Positions 18,313-27,892 of a stretch of 62,986 nt of DNA are shown here, piece by piece (position 1 is the first letter of the stretch; each line of letters opens with the position of its first letter). Under the pieces are notes generated by a model that did not search any database, was not told the DNA's origin, and saw nothing but the letters and a program-made list of their open reading frames with translations. The position numbers and the translations under genes were made by a program. The DNA comes from an uncultured Clostridia bacterium (GTDB taxonomy: Bacteria > Bacillota > Clostridia > Oscillospirales > Butyricicoccaceae). The stretch covers positions 1 to 62,986 of the forward strand of contig CAMEPU010000001.1 in NCBI GenBank assembly GCA_945932315.1. The letters are read 5' to 3'.

Positions 18313-20088
18313 TTATTCGATGCCCAGCGGGGCGAGGTAGCGCTGGCGGCAGACCTCGAGCTGCGCGCCGAAGTCGAAGCCGCGGCGGGTCTCCTGCTCG
18401 CTCCAGTGGTGGGTGTCGAAGTCGCCCGAGCCCTCGCAGAGCTGGACGGTGTAGATCATGATGTTGGTCGCGTGGTCGCCGATCTTCTCAAGGTCGTGCA
18501 CAATGTCGAGGAAGACCAGACCGTTTTCGATGGTGCACTGGCCGGCGGCCAGACGGTCGATGTGGCGGGTCTTGAGCGCGCTCTTGAGCGTGTCCACGAT
18601 CTCCTCGATCGGGCCGGCGGCGCGCGCCATCTGGGCCGAGCGGCAGATGTAGCCCTGCACGACCGCGCTCAGCATCTCTTCAACAGCTGCGTACATGGTG
18701 GCCAGCTCCTGCTGTGCCTCCTCGGAGAAGGCGCCGCCCGCCTCGCGGAAGGCCTCGGCGCGGTCGAAGATGTTCTGGGCGTAGTCGCCGATCTTCTCAA
18801 AGTCGGTCAGGGAGTGGAGCATCTCGGTGTGCATGCGGCGCATGGAGGCCGGGAGCTTGGACTCGGTCTGCATGAGGTAGCGGGTGACGCCGACCTCGGC
18901 GCGGTCGAGGAAGGCCTCCTGCTCCAGAAAGCGGTCGCGTGCGAAGTCGGAGCCGTCGATCAGGGGCAGCATGGCCAGCGCGGTGTTGCTCATGGCGGCG
19001 GTGCCCATGTCGGCGATGCACTTGTGCGCCTGCTCAAGCGCGAGCGCCGGGGTGTCGAGGAAGCGGGGCTCGAGCTTGATGAGGGGATCGGACTTCTCGG
19101 GCGCGGCCGGGACGGTGCGCTCGGCCAGCACGACGAGCAGCCGGGAGAAGGGCAGGAAGATGGCGGTCGCCACGAGGTTGAACAGGGTGTGGAAGTTCGC
19201 GATGCCCGCCTTGTCGATCGGCGTGTTCCAGAAATCGAAGCCGACCGTCCACTGGATGGCGTAAACGCCGACGAGGAAGAGGAGGGAGCCGAACAGGTTG
19301 AAGTAAAAGTGGATCATCGCGGTGCGGCGGGCGTTGCGGGTGCCGCCGAGGGAAGACAGGAAGGCGGTGATGCAGGTGCCGATGTTCTGGCCCAGAATGA
19401 TCGGGATGGCGGCTGAATAGGGGATGACGCCGGTGGTGGACAGCGCCTGCAGGATGCCGACCGAGGCCGAGGACGACTGGATGAGGGCGGTGACGCCCGC
19501 GCCGACCAGCACGCCGAGCACCGGGTTGGAGATCTGGGCGAAGATGGTCTGGATGCCGGGCAGCTCGCGCAGGGGCTCGACCGCGGCCTCCATGGTGGAC
19601 ATGCCGATGAAGAGCACGCCGAAGCCGAGGCAGATGTCGGCGATGGCCTTGCGGTTGCGGCGCTTGGAGAGCATCGGGATCAGGATGCCGATCAGCACCA
19701 TGAGGTAGGCGAGGTTGGAGGGCTTGAGCAGCTTCATGAAGACGCTGCCGCCCAGCGCGGCGCCCGAATCGAGGCGCAGGATCTGCGCCGTGATGGTCGT
19801 GCCGATGTTGGCGCCCAGAATGACGCCGACCGACTGCTGCAGGGTCATGATGCCCGCGTTGACGAAGCCGACGACCATGACCGTGGTGGCCGAGGATGAC
19901 TGGATGACGGCGGTGACGGCCGCGCCCATCAGGAGCGCCTTGAGGATGTTGCCCGTCATCTTTTCGAGCGTGCTTTCGAGGCGCGCGCCCGCGGCCTGCT
20001 CGAGGCCGGAGCCCATCGTGCTCATGCCGTACAGGAACAGCGCGAGGCCGCCCGCGAGCCGAACGATGGAGAGGATGTCGAATGCCAT
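18313..20088 (-). CDS. Na+/phosphate cotransporter with C-terminal PhoU domains
   Basis: Two QSSSA repeats, GANIGTT/GQNIGTC, EKIGDY/EKIGDH PhoU repeats. Confidence 0.93.
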   Translation of the reverse strand: MAFDILSIVRLAGGLALFLYGMSTMGSGLEQAAGARLESTLEKMTGNILKALLMGAAVTAVIQSSSATTVMVVGFVNAGIMTLQQSVGVILGANIGTTITAQILRLDSGAALGGSVFMKLLKPSNLAYLMVLIGILIPMLSKRRNRKAIADICLGFGVLFIGMSTMEAAVEPLRELPGIQTIFAQISNPVLGVLVGAGVTALIQSSSASVGILQALSTTGVIPYSAAIPIILGQNIGTCITAFLSSLGGTRNARRTAMIHFYFNLFGSLLFLVGVYAIQWTVGFDFWNTPIDKAGIANFHTLFNLVATAIFLPFSRLLVVLAERTVPAAPEKSDPLIKLEPRFLDTPALALEQAHKCIADMGTAAMSNTALAMLPLIDGSDFARDRFLEQEAFLDRAEVGVTRYLMQTESKLPASMRRMHTEMLHSLTDFEKIGDYAQNIFDRAEAFREAGGAFSEEAQQELATMYAAVEEMLSAVVQGYICRSAQMARAAGPIEEIVDTLKSALKTRHIDRLAAGQCTIENGLVFLDIVHDLEKIGDHATNIMIYTVQLCEGSGDFDTHHWSEQETRRGFDFGAQLEVCRQRYLAPLGIE

Positions 20089-20288
20089 GTTTGTGTTACC
20101 TCCTTGAGCCCGCCCGATCTCTATTTTGCGGCGCGGCTCGGTGTACCGTTTGTTTTTCTCTCATGTTTTTTCGTATGTATTCTTCGCAATTTTCCCTCAT
20201 TATAATTGAAGCATAAAAACTTCGGAGCTGTCAACGGACAACGCGGGGTGCAAACGCTTGCACTTGCGAGTGGTAGGAGGTGCTTCTT

Positions 20289-20951
20289 TTGACGGGAAAA
20301 TTAATATTGGTGTCGGGCGGGTTCCGCGCGGGCGCGCGCAGCGAGGAGCGGTCGGTCGGGCGGCTGTACGCGGACGCGCTGCTGCGGTGCGGGGCCGAGC
20401 CCGTGCTCTGCCTGGGCGGCGCGCCCGATCCGGAGGCGTTCGGCGGGCTGCTGCTGACCGGCGGGGGAGACATCGACCCCGCACTCTCGGATCAGCCGGA
20501 CGACCCCCGCCTGCGGCCGGTCGACGTGCGCCGCGACCGGGAGGAGCTGGCGCTCATCCGGGCGTTCGCGCGGGCGGGCAGGCCGGTGCTCGGCGTCTGC
20601 CGGGGAATGCAGATGTTGAACGTCGCCTTCGGCGGCACGCTGCATCCCCATATCGACGGGCACGAGGGCGCGCCCCACCGGGTCGACTGCGCGTCCGATT
20701 CCTTATTATATGCGCTTTGCGGCGACCGCTTGCTGGTCAACAGCTATCATCATCAGGCGGTGAAGGCGCCCGCGCCCGGGATGCGGGTCACGGCCCGCGC
20801 GCCCGACGGCACGGCCGAGGGGCTGGAGCACGAGAGCCTGCCCATTCTGGGCGTGCAGTGGCACCCCGAGCGCATGCTGCGCGGGCTGTGCGCCGACACG
20901 TCGGACGACATGAGCGGCCTGTTCCGCTGGCTGGCGGGATTGGAGCAATAA
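20289..20951 (+). CDS. Peptidase C26 / gamma-glutamyl-gamma-aminobutyrate hydrolase family (class I glutamine amidotransferase)
   Basis: RBS aggagg + TTG; LTGGGDIDP, LGVCRGMQ, NSYHHQ, VQWHPE. Confidence 0.9.
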   Translation: MTGKLILVSGGFRAGARSEERSVGRLYADALLRCGAEPVLCLGGAPDPEAFGGLLLTGGGDIDPALSDQPDDPRLRPVDVRRDREELALIRAFARAGRPVLGVCRGMQMLNVAFGGTLHPHIDGHEGAPHRVDCASDSLLYALCGDRLLVNSYHHQAVKAPAPGMRVTARAPDGTAEGLEHESLPILGVQWHPERMLRGLCADTSDDMSGLFRWLAGLEQ

Positions 20952-20953
20952 AG

Positions 20954-20983
20954 ACACCCCGGCTTGACAAAGCCGGGGCGTTC
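20954..20983. terminator. Hairpin between convergent genes
   Basis: ccccggctt-gaca-aagccgggg. Confidence 0.65.
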
Positions 20984-20991
20984 TGCCGGGT

Positions 20992-21237
20992 TCAGTTTTC
21001 CTCATAGGTCAGCAGGTCAGACACGCTGCACCCGAGCACATAGCAGATGCGCGCGAGCACATCGAGGTCGAGCTTTTCGACGTTGTCTTTATACCACTTA
21101 TCAATAACGACAAAACGGGTGCCGGTATCCTGCGACAAACGGTAACGTGTGATCCCGCGTGCGTCCATGATCTCTTTGAGTTTCAGATGGATTTTGCCAT
21201 AGGTATTGCGTGTAAGAAGCGAGCGTTTCTCATCCAT
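20992..21237 (-). CDS. XRE/Cro-C1 HTH regulator (HTH_26-like)
   Basis: LKLKEIMDARGITRYRLSQDTG...LDVLARICYVLGCSVSDLL. Confidence 0.88.
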   Translation of the reverse strand: MDEKRSLLTRNTYGKIHLKLKEIMDARGITRYRLSQDTGTRFVVIDKWYKDNVEKLDLDVLARICYVLGCSVSDLLTYEEN

Positions 21238-21257
21238 ATTATCACCTCATACATCAA

Positions 21258-21317
21258 TACTATCTACATGATAATATATTGACTATTTCCATAAAAAGAG
21301 TTACTATATACATGGTA
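21258..21317. promoter_or_regulatory. Two 16-bp direct repeats flanking a sigma-A promoter (probable XRE operators)
   Basis: tactatctacatgata (21258-21273) and tactatatacatggta (21302-21317); ttgact(21279)-17bp-tactat(21302). Confidence 0.6.
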
Positions 21318-21328
21318 GGTGATGGAAT

Positions 21329-21490
21329 ATGGAAAATTATGAAATCTATAAAGAAATGTATCTCGAGCTGTTCAACGCGGCCTCCGACGCCATTGAGCTG
21401 ATCGCGAACGGCAAAGCGCCCGACGCCATCCCCGTGCTGGGCGAGGCGCAGAAGCACTGCGAGGAGCTGTTCATTCGGGACGGGGAATAG
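21329..21490 (+). CDS. 53-aa acidic helical hypothetical protein (absent from the ORF track)
   Basis: RBS aggtgat; MENYEIYKEMYLELFNAASDAIELIANGKAPDAIPVLGEAQKHCEELFIRDGE; host-like GC3. Confidence 0.75.
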   Translation: MENYEIYKEMYLELFNAASDAIELIANGKAPDAIPVLGEAQKHCEELFIRDGE

Positions 21491-21581
21491 TGAATTCTCC
21501 AAAACCGGAGCCAATATCGGGAAAAAATCCGCTTTTTCTTCCAAAAAGCGGCCTGTCCGGGGAAAAAGTTTGCAAAATCCC

Positions 21582-21610
21582 TTGCATTATTCAAAAACAC
21601 GTGGTATACT
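21582..21610 (+). promoter_or_regulatory. Promoter of the rimP-nusA-infB operon
   Basis: ttgcat-17bp-tatact with extended TG. Confidence 0.7.
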
Positions 21611-21637
21611 ATGCCATGTAAGTAAGTTCGTGTATTC

Positions 21638-21663
21638 AGAGAGTGGGGCAACCCACTCTTTCT
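21638..21663 (+). promoter_or_regulatory. rimP (ylxS) leader hairpin, NusA-dependent attenuator
   Basis: agagtggg-gcaa-cccactct followed by Ts, the typical rimP leader. Confidence 0.8.
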
Positions 21664-21709
21664 TGTTGCTTGCGCAAAATTTTTGGGAATACGCGGGAAG
21701 GAGGCAGCG

Positions 21710-22174
21710 ATGCAGACGAAAGAACTCATCCGCCGCGTCGAGGAGATGGCGCTCCCCCTGTGCGAACAGGCGGGCGTCAGCCTGTGGGACGTGGAATTTG
21801 AAAAGGAGGGCGGTCAGTACATGCTGACCATCACGATCGACCGCCCCGAGGGCGTGGACATCGACCAGTGCGAGCAGGTCTCGCGCGCGATCGACCCCAT
21901 GCTGGACGCCAAGGAATTTGACTCCCTGCCGCCGTATACCCTGTGCGTTTCGTCGGCCGGGCTGGAGCGCCGGCTCAAGCGCCCCGAGCATTTTGAACGG
22001 TTTATGGGCTCGCCCGTCACGATCGGCTTTTACAAGCCGGTGGACGGCGCAAAGCAGATCGAAGGCGTTCTCGCGGGCTACGACGCGGGCAACGTCACCC
22101 TCGACCTTTCCGGTCAGACCCGGGTATTTGAAGCAAAAGAAATCGCCGCGGTACGCCTGCGGGTGGAATTTTAA
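21710..22174 (+). CDS. rimP: Ribosome maturation factor RimP
   Basis: DVEFEKEG, CEQVSRAI, YTLCVSSAGLERRL; operon position. Confidence 0.95.
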   Translation: MQTKELIRRVEEMALPLCEQAGVSLWDVEFEKEGGQYMLTITIDRPEGVDIDQCEQVSRAIDPMLDAKEFDSLPPYTLCVSSAGLERRLKRPEHFERFMGSPVTIGFYKPVDGAKQIEGVLAGYDAGNVTLDLSGQTRVFEAKEIAAVRLRVEF

Positions 22175-22192
22175 GGAGTGAGTATTGCAAAC

Positions 22193-23383
22193 ATGGTAAA
22201 CAAGGAATTCTTTGCCGCCCTCGAGCAGCTCGAAAAGGAGAAGGGCGTGCCGGTCGATTACATGCTCGACCGCGTGGGCCAGGCGCTCATCACCGCCTAT
22301 AAGCGCGAGAACGACGGCATGACCGACAATGTCTACGTCGTGCCCGACCGCGACGCCTGCACCATCCGCATGTTCGTCCGCAAGACGGTCGTCGACGACG
22401 TCTACGAGCCGTACGAGGAGCTTTCGGTCGAGGAGGCCCGCGAGTACAAGGCCTCCGCCAAGCTGGGTGACATCATCGACATCGACATCCCGACCAAGTC
22501 CTTCGGCCGCATCGCCGCCCAGACCGCCAAGCAGGTCATCATTCAGGGCATCCGCGAGGCCGAGCGCGGCCGCACCATGACCGAGTTCGAGTCCCGCGCC
22601 CATGAGATCCTGACCGCGACCGTCTCGCGCATCGACCCCCGCGGCAGCTACATTCTGGAAATGATCTCCGAGGGCGAAAAGACCGAGGCCATGCTTCCCC
22701 TGAGCGAGCAGGTGCGCGGCGAGACCTTCCAGGTCGGCGACCGCATCAAGATCTACGTCATCGAGGTGCGCAAGGGCACCCGCGGCCCGCAGATCATGAT
22801 CTCCCGCACCCATCCCGGTCTGGTCAAGCGCCTGTTTGAGCTCGAGGTGCCCGAGATCCACGACGGCACCGTCGAGGTCAAGTCGATCGCCCGCGAGGCC
22901 GGCAACCGCACCAAGATCGCGGTCTGGTCGAACGACCCCAACGTCGATCCGATCGGCGCCTGTGTCGGCGCGCGCGGCGCGCGTGTCGGCAACATCGTCG
23001 AGGAGCTGAACGGCGAGAAGATCGACATCATCAAGTGGAGCGAGGACCCGGCCCAGTTCGTCTCGGCCGCGCTCGCGCCCGCCGACGTCATCTCGGCCGT
23101 CATGGCGCCCGAGGGCAAGAGCTGCCGGGTCATCGTGCCCGACGACCAGCTGTCCCTCGCCATCGGCAAGGAGGGCCAGAACGCCCGCCTGGCCGCCAAG
23201 CTGACCGGCTGCAAGATCGACATCGCGCCCGCTTCTCAGGCGGAGCAATCGGGCCCGGAGGGAAACGCTCATGCAGAAGCCCAAGAAAATCCCCATGCGC
23301 CAGTGCACCGGCTGCCGCACCATGTTTCAGAAGCGCGAGCTGATCCGGGTGGTGCACGGGCCGGACGGCTCGATCACCCTTGA
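22193..23383 (+). CDS. nusA: Transcription termination factor NusA
   Basis: FGRIAAQTAKQV, SRTHP, REAGNRTK, GACVG, AIGKEGQNARLAAKLTG. Confidence 0.96.
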   Translation: MVNKEFFAALEQLEKEKGVPVDYMLDRVGQALITAYKRENDGMTDNVYVVPDRDACTIRMFVRKTVVDDVYEPYEELSVEEAREYKASAKLGDIIDIDIPTKSFGRIAAQTAKQVIIQGIREAERGRTMTEFESRAHEILTATVSRIDPRGSYILEMISEGEKTEAMLPLSEQVRGETFQVGDRIKIYVIEVRKGTRGPQIMISRTHPGLVKRLFELEVPEIHDGTVEVKSIAREAGNRTKIAVWSNDPNVDPIGACVGARGARVGNIVEELNGEKIDIIKWSEDPAQFVSAALAPADVISAVMAPEGKSCRVIVPDDQLSLAIGKEGQNARLAAKLTGCKIDIAPASQAEQSGPEGNAHAEAQENPHAPVHRLPHHVSEARADPGGARAGRLDHP

Positions 23384-23555
23384 TTTCAAGGGCAAGGCGC
23401 CCGGCCGGGGCGCGTATGTCTGCCCCAACCCCGAATGCCTCAAGAAGGCGCGCAAATCCCGCGCGCTCGAGCGGGCGTTCTCCTGCGCCATCCCCGATGA
23501 GGTGTATGAGGCGCTTGAGGCCCGCATGGCGGAGGAGGCGGCCCATGGCGACTGA
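23271..23555 (+). CDS. ylxR: YlxR/RnpM RNA-binding protein
   Basis: KIPMRQCTGC...KRELIRVV...GRGAYVC. Confidence 0.93.
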   Translation: MQKPKKIPMRQCTGCRTMFQKRELIRVVHGPDGSITLDFKGKAPGRGAYVCPNPECLKKARKSRALERAFSCAIPDEVYEALEARMAEEAAHGD

Positions 23556-23961
23556 CCGTCTGCTCGGCCTGCTCGGCCTGGCGCGCCGGGCGGGCAAGCT
23601 CGAGGTCGGCGAAGCGCTGACCGCCGAGACCGTGGCCGCCGGCAAGGCGCGCGCCATCTTTCTGGCGAGCGACACCGGGGAGGCCACCCGCCGCAAGATC
23701 GCGCGGCATGAAGAACGCGTGCCCGTCTTCACCCTGCCCCACGACAAGGAGACCGTGGGCGCGTCGCTCGGCTTCCCGGGCTGCGCGGTCTGCTGCCTGA
23801 CCGATATCGGCATGGCGCGCGCGGCCGCCGACCAGCTCGCGCCGCTCAGCGAGAGCAACGCGCGCGCGGCAGAACGGGTCGTTCAAAAGCAGGCCCGCAT
23901 CGAGAGCCGCAAGGGGAAGAAGAAAACCAGAGTAACCGCCCCGCAGGGGACGAAGGAATAG
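23545..23961 (+). CDS. ylxQ: L7Ae-like ribosomal protein (YlxQ)
   Basis: LGLLGLARRAGKL, IFLASD; lies between ylxR and infB. Confidence 0.85.
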   Translation: MATDRLLGLLGLARRAGKLEVGEALTAETVAAGKARAIFLASDTGEATRRKIARHEERVPVFTLPHDKETVGASLGFPGCAVCCLTDIGMARAAADQLAPLSESNARAAERVVQKQARIESRKGKKKTRVTAPQGTKE

Positions 23962-24020
23962 AATGAGGCGGGACTGCGCCCGCGCGGTCAGCCCCACGCT
24001 CCAATTCAATCAGGAGGTGT

Positions 24021-26489
24021 ATGCCCATGGCATTAGAGAAGAAATACCGATTACAGGATCTCGCCGCCGATTTCAAGGCGGACAACAAGGAGATCGTCAA
24101 TATCTTAGGCAAGCACGCCACCGCGCCCAAGAGCCGCACCAAGGTGCTGACCGAAGACGAGCTGAACATCGTCTTTGAGGCCATGACCCAGAGCCATCAG
24201 GTCGCGGACATCGAGAACGTCCTGCGCGGTCAGGCTGCCGCCCGCGAGGCCAAGATCGCGGCGGCGCAGGCGCCCGCCCGTCCGGCGCAGCAGCCCCAGC
24301 AGCAGCCGCAGCAGGCCGCTCCGGCGCAGAAGCCGCAGAACAACCGTCCCCAGCAGAACAACAACCAGAACCGCCCGCAGCAGCAGAACCGTCCCCAGCA
24401 GGGCGGCCAGCAGGCTCAGCCGGCGCAGAATAAGAGCGACAAGCAGCCGCAGCAGCAGGCTCAGCAGGCCCAGCAGGCCCAGCAGCAGAGCAAGGTCAAG
24501 CAGGTGCACCGTGTCGACACCCGCGGCGGCGGCGACGTCAACCTCGCCCGCTACGATGAGCGCATCGATGCCCTCGTGCCCGAAAAGGCCGAGCGCATGG
24601 GCGGCTCCAACAAGCAGAAGCTGACCAAGAAGTCCGACCAGCGCGCCAAGCAGCAGGCTTCGGGCAAGCGCCGCGCCGAGGAGCAGGAGAAGATGCGCCG
24701 CCTGCAGCGCCAGCAGCAGCAGGCCGCTGCCAAGAAGGTAAAGCTCAAGGTCATGATCCCGGACGAGATCAACGTCGGCGAGTTCGCGCAGCGCATGAAG
24801 CGCACCGCGGCTGACGTCATCAAGGAGCTGCTCAAGCTCGGCGTGTTCGCGTCCATTTCCGAGACCATCGATTACGACACCGCGGCCATCGTCTGCGAGG
24901 AGATGGGCTGCATCCCCGAGAAGGAAGTCCATGTCACCATCGAGGAGCGCCTGTTCGACGAGCATGAGGACACCGCCGAGGAGCTGCAGCCCCGCGATCC
25001 GGTCGTCGTTGTCATGGGCCACGTCGACCACGGCAAGACCTCGCTGTTGGACGCCATCCGCAAGACCAAGGTCGTCGCGGGCGAGGCCGGCGGCATCACC
25101 CAGCACATCGGCGCGTACCGCGTCTCGATCGACGGCAAGCCGATCACCTTCCTCGACACCCCCGGCCACGCGGCCTTCACCTCGATGCGCGCGCGCGGCG
25201 CTCAGGTCACCGATATCGCGATTCTGGTCGTCGCCGCCGACGACGGCATCATGCCCCAGACCATCGAGGCCATCAACCACGCGAAGGCGGCCAACGTGCC
25301 GATCATCGTCGCGATCAACAAGATGGATAAGGAAGCGGCCAACCCCGACCGCGTGCTCCAGCAGCTCACCGAGTACGAGCTGGTGCCCGAGGAGTGGGGC
25401 GGCGAGACCATCGTCTGCCCGATCTCGGCCAAGTTCGGCCAGGGCATTGAGAACCTGCTCGAGATGGTTCTGCTGACCGCCGAGGTCGCCGACCTCAAGG
25501 CCAACCCGAACCGCCGCGCCCAGGGCACCGTCATCGAGGCCCGTCTGGACAAGGGCCGCGGTCCGGTCGCCACCGTGCTCGTGCAGAACGGCACCCTGCG
25601 CGCGGGCGACATCATCATCGCGGGCAAGGCCGTCGGCCGCGTGCGCGCGATGACGAACGACGACGGCCGCCGCATCCAGTCTGCCGGCCCCTCCGTGCCG
25701 GTTGAGATCATCGGTCTGGCCGAGGTTCCGGACGCGGGCGACACCTTCGCTGCGGTCGAGGACGAGCGCATGGCCCGCGAGCTGGTCGAGCAGCGCAAGC
25801 AGCAGGAGAAGGACGAGCGCAACAAGGCCATGCACCGCGTCACCCTCGACAACCTCTTCGCCTCCATCAAGGAGGGCGAGATGAAGGAGCTCGGCATCAT
25901 CGTCAAGGCCGACGTACAGGGCTCGGTCGAGGCCGTTCGCGGCTCGCTCGAGAAGCTGTCGAACGACGAGGTCCGCGTCCGCGTCATCCACGGCGCGGTC
26001 GGCGCGATCAACGAGTCGGACGTCATGCTGGCCTCGGCTTCGGGCGCGATCATTGTCGGCTTCAACGTGCGCCCCGAGCGCGCAGCCGCCGAGTCGGCCG
26101 CCGCGGCGGGCGTCGATATGCGCATGTACCGCGTCATCTACGACGCGATCGAGGAGATGGAGCAGGCCATGAAGGGCATGCTCGCCCCGACCTACAAGGA
26201 GGTCGTGCTCGGCCACGCCGAGGTGCGCACCACCTTCCGCGTCTCCAGCGTGGGCACCATCGCCGGCTGCTACGTGCAGGACGGCAAGATCCAGCGCGCC
26301 GCCAAGCTCCGCGTCGTCCGCGACGGCATCGTCGTGCACGAGGGCGTGCTGAGCTCGCTCAAGCGCTTCAAGGACGACGTCAAGGAAGTCGCCTCGGGCT
26401 ACGAGTGCGGCTGCGGCGTCGAGAACTTCAACGACATCAAGGAAGGCGACATCTTCGAAGCCTTTGTTATGGAGGAGATCGCACGCTGA
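24021..26489 (+). CDS. infB: Translation initiation factor IF-2
   Basis: [37 protein letters not shown]; Gln/Asn-rich N-terminal linker. Confidence 0.98.
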   Translation: MPMALEKKYRLQDLAADFKADNKEIVNILGKHATAPKSRTKVLTEDELNIVFEAMTQSHQVADIENVLRGQAAAREAKIAAAQAPARPAQQPQQQPQQAAPAQKPQNNRPQQNNNQNRPQQQNRPQQGGQQAQPAQNKSDKQPQQQAQQAQQAQQQSKVKQVHRVDTRGGGDVNLARYDERIDALVPEKAERMGGSNKQKLTKKSDQRAKQQASGKRRAEEQEKMRRLQRQQQQAAAKKVKLKVMIPDEINVGEFAQRMKRTAADVIKELLKLGVFASISETIDYDTAAIVCEEMGCIPEKEVHVTIEERLFDEHEDTAEELQPRDPVVVVMGHVDHGKTSLLDAIRKTKVVAGEAGGITQHIGAYRVSIDGKPITFLDTPGHAAFTSMRARGAQVTDIAILVVAADDGIMPQTIEAINHAKAANVPIIVAINKMDKEAANPDRVLQQLTEYELVPEEWGGETIVCPISAKFGQGIENLLEMVLLTAEVADLKANPNRRAQGTVIEARLDKGRGPVATVLVQNGTLRAGDIIIAGKAVGRVRAMTNDDGRRIQSAGPSVPVEIIGLAEVPDAGDTFAAVEDERMARELVEQRKQQEKDERNKAMHRVTLDNLFASIKEGEMKELGIIVKADVQGSVEAVRGSLEKLSNDEVRVRVIHGAVGAINESDVMLASASGAIIVGFNVRPERAAAESAAAAGVDMRMYRVIYDAIEEMEQAMKGMLAPTYKEVVLGHAEVRTTFRVSSVGTIAGCYVQDGKIQRAAKLRVVRDGIVVHEGVLSSLKRFKDDVKEVASGYECGCGVENFNDIKEGDIFEAFVMEEIAR

Positions 26490-26534
26490 GTGCGATCCTC
26501 TCCCAGCCCCTAATTTCAAAAGGAGGGACTTTTT

Positions 26535-26924
26535 ATGGCATCTAACCGCATCGACCGCATCTCCGAGATGGTCGGCCGGGAGCTCGCCGAGGCCATCCGC
26601 CAGGTCAAGGACCCCCGGGTGCGCGGCGCGCTCGTCTCGGTCACCCACTGCGAGGTCACCGGCGACCTGCGCTACGCCAAGTGCTATATCTCGGTGCTCG
26701 GCACCGAGGAGCAGCAGAAGGAGGTCATGCGCGGCCTGAAGTCGGCCTCGGGCTGGCTCCGCCGCGAGGTCGGCCAGGCCGTCCAGCTCCGCTACGCCCC
26801 CGAGCTGGTCTTCACGCTGGACAACTCGATCGTGCGCGGCGCGCACATCAACGAGGTGGTCAACCGCCTCGAGCGCGAGGGCAAGATGGGCTCGCATGAG
26901 TCCGACGGGGAGGAAGAGGCATGA
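26535..26924 (+). CDS. rbfA: Ribosome-binding factor A
   Basis: VKDPR, VTGDLRYAK, LRYAPELVF. Confidence 0.96.
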   Translation: MASNRIDRISEMVGRELAEAIRQVKDPRVRGALVSVTHCEVTGDLRYAKCYISVLGTEEQQKEVMRGLKSASGWLRREVGQAVQLRYAPELVFTLDNSIVRGAHINEVVNRLEREGKMGSHESDGEEEA

Positions 26925-27892
26925 GCCAAGACGTGACCGTGGCCGAGGCGGCGCAGGCGCTGCGCGAGGCCGACGACATCCTCATCCTGACCCACCGCCG
27001 TCCCGACGGCGACACCGCGGGCTGCGCGGGCGCGCTCTGCCGCGGCCTGCGCGCGCTCGGCAAGCGCGCCTTCATCGGCGTCAACCCCGAGATCACCCGA
27101 CGCTACGCACCGCTGATTACTGAATGTTATCCTACAGAGGATTTTTTCCCAAAGTATATCATCACGACCGATATCGCTGATTACGGTCTGTTGACTGATA
27201 ACGCAGAGGAATATAAAGACCGCATCGATCTGATTCTCGACCACCACCGCTCCAATCGCATGGACGCGCCGCGCAAGCTGGTGCGCCCTGAGGCGGGCGG
27301 CTGCTGCGAGGTCATTTTCGACGTGCTCGAGGAGCTGGGCGTGCCCTTCACCGAGGACATCGCCCGGTGCATCTATATCGGCGTCTCGACCGACACCGGC
27401 TGCTTCAAGTTTTCGAACACCGTGCCCCACACCCTGCGGGTGGCGGCGCGCTGTCTTGAGGCCGGGGTGGACGGCGGCGAGATCAACCGCATGCTCTTTG
27501 AGACCAAATCCATGCCCCGCTTCCAGATGGAGCGGATCGTGTTCGACACGATGGAATTCTACCGCGACGGAAAGATCGCCCTTGCGGTGCTGCGCCGCGC
27601 CGACATCGACCGCACGGGCGCGGACATGGACGACCTCGATTCGATCGCGTCCCTGACCCGCCAGATCGAGGGCGTGCAGGTGGGCATCACCCTGACCGAA
27701 AACAAGGACGGTTCGGTCAAGGCGTCCGTCCGCACGACCAAGGAGGTCGACGCCTCGGCCATCTGCGCCCGTCTGGGTGGCGGCGGCCATCTGCGCGCGG
27801 CGGGCGCGAGCCTGGACTGCGGCGTGGACGAGGCGCGCCGCCTGCTGCTCGGGGCCGCGAATGCGGTCTATGACGAAAGCGGGCTGGCATGA
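26921..27892 (+). CDS. nrnA: DHH/DHHA1 phosphoesterase (NrnA-like)
   Basis: HRRPDGD, DHH, TDTGCF, GGGGH. Confidence 0.9.
   Translation: MSQDVTVAEAAQALREADDILILTHRRPDGDTAGCAGALCRGLRALGKRAFIGVNPEITRRYAPLITECYPTEDFFPKYIITTDIADYGLLTDNAEEYKDRIDLILDHHRSNRMDAPRKLVRPEAGGCCEVIFDVLEELGVPFTEDIARCIYIGVSTDTGCFKFSNTVPHTLRVAARCLEAGVDGGEINRMLFETKSMPRFQMERIVFDTMEFYRDGKIALAVLRRADIDRTGADMDDLDSIASLTRQIEGVQVGITLTENKDGSVKASVRTTKEVDASAICARLGGGGHLRAAGASLDCGVDEARRLLLGAANAVYDESGLA

Noticed and set aside
24260-24490. CAG-rich repeats in infB
   Set aside because: Ordinary low-complexity IF-2 N-terminal linker.
24105-26897. 930-aa minus-strand ORF and similar long antisense ORFs (10660-13056, 58126-60909, 55427-57484, 13215-15275, 21587-23323)
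   Set aside because: Shadow frames opposite well-supported genes. High GC3 suppresses antisense stops, and they have no motifs or RBS.
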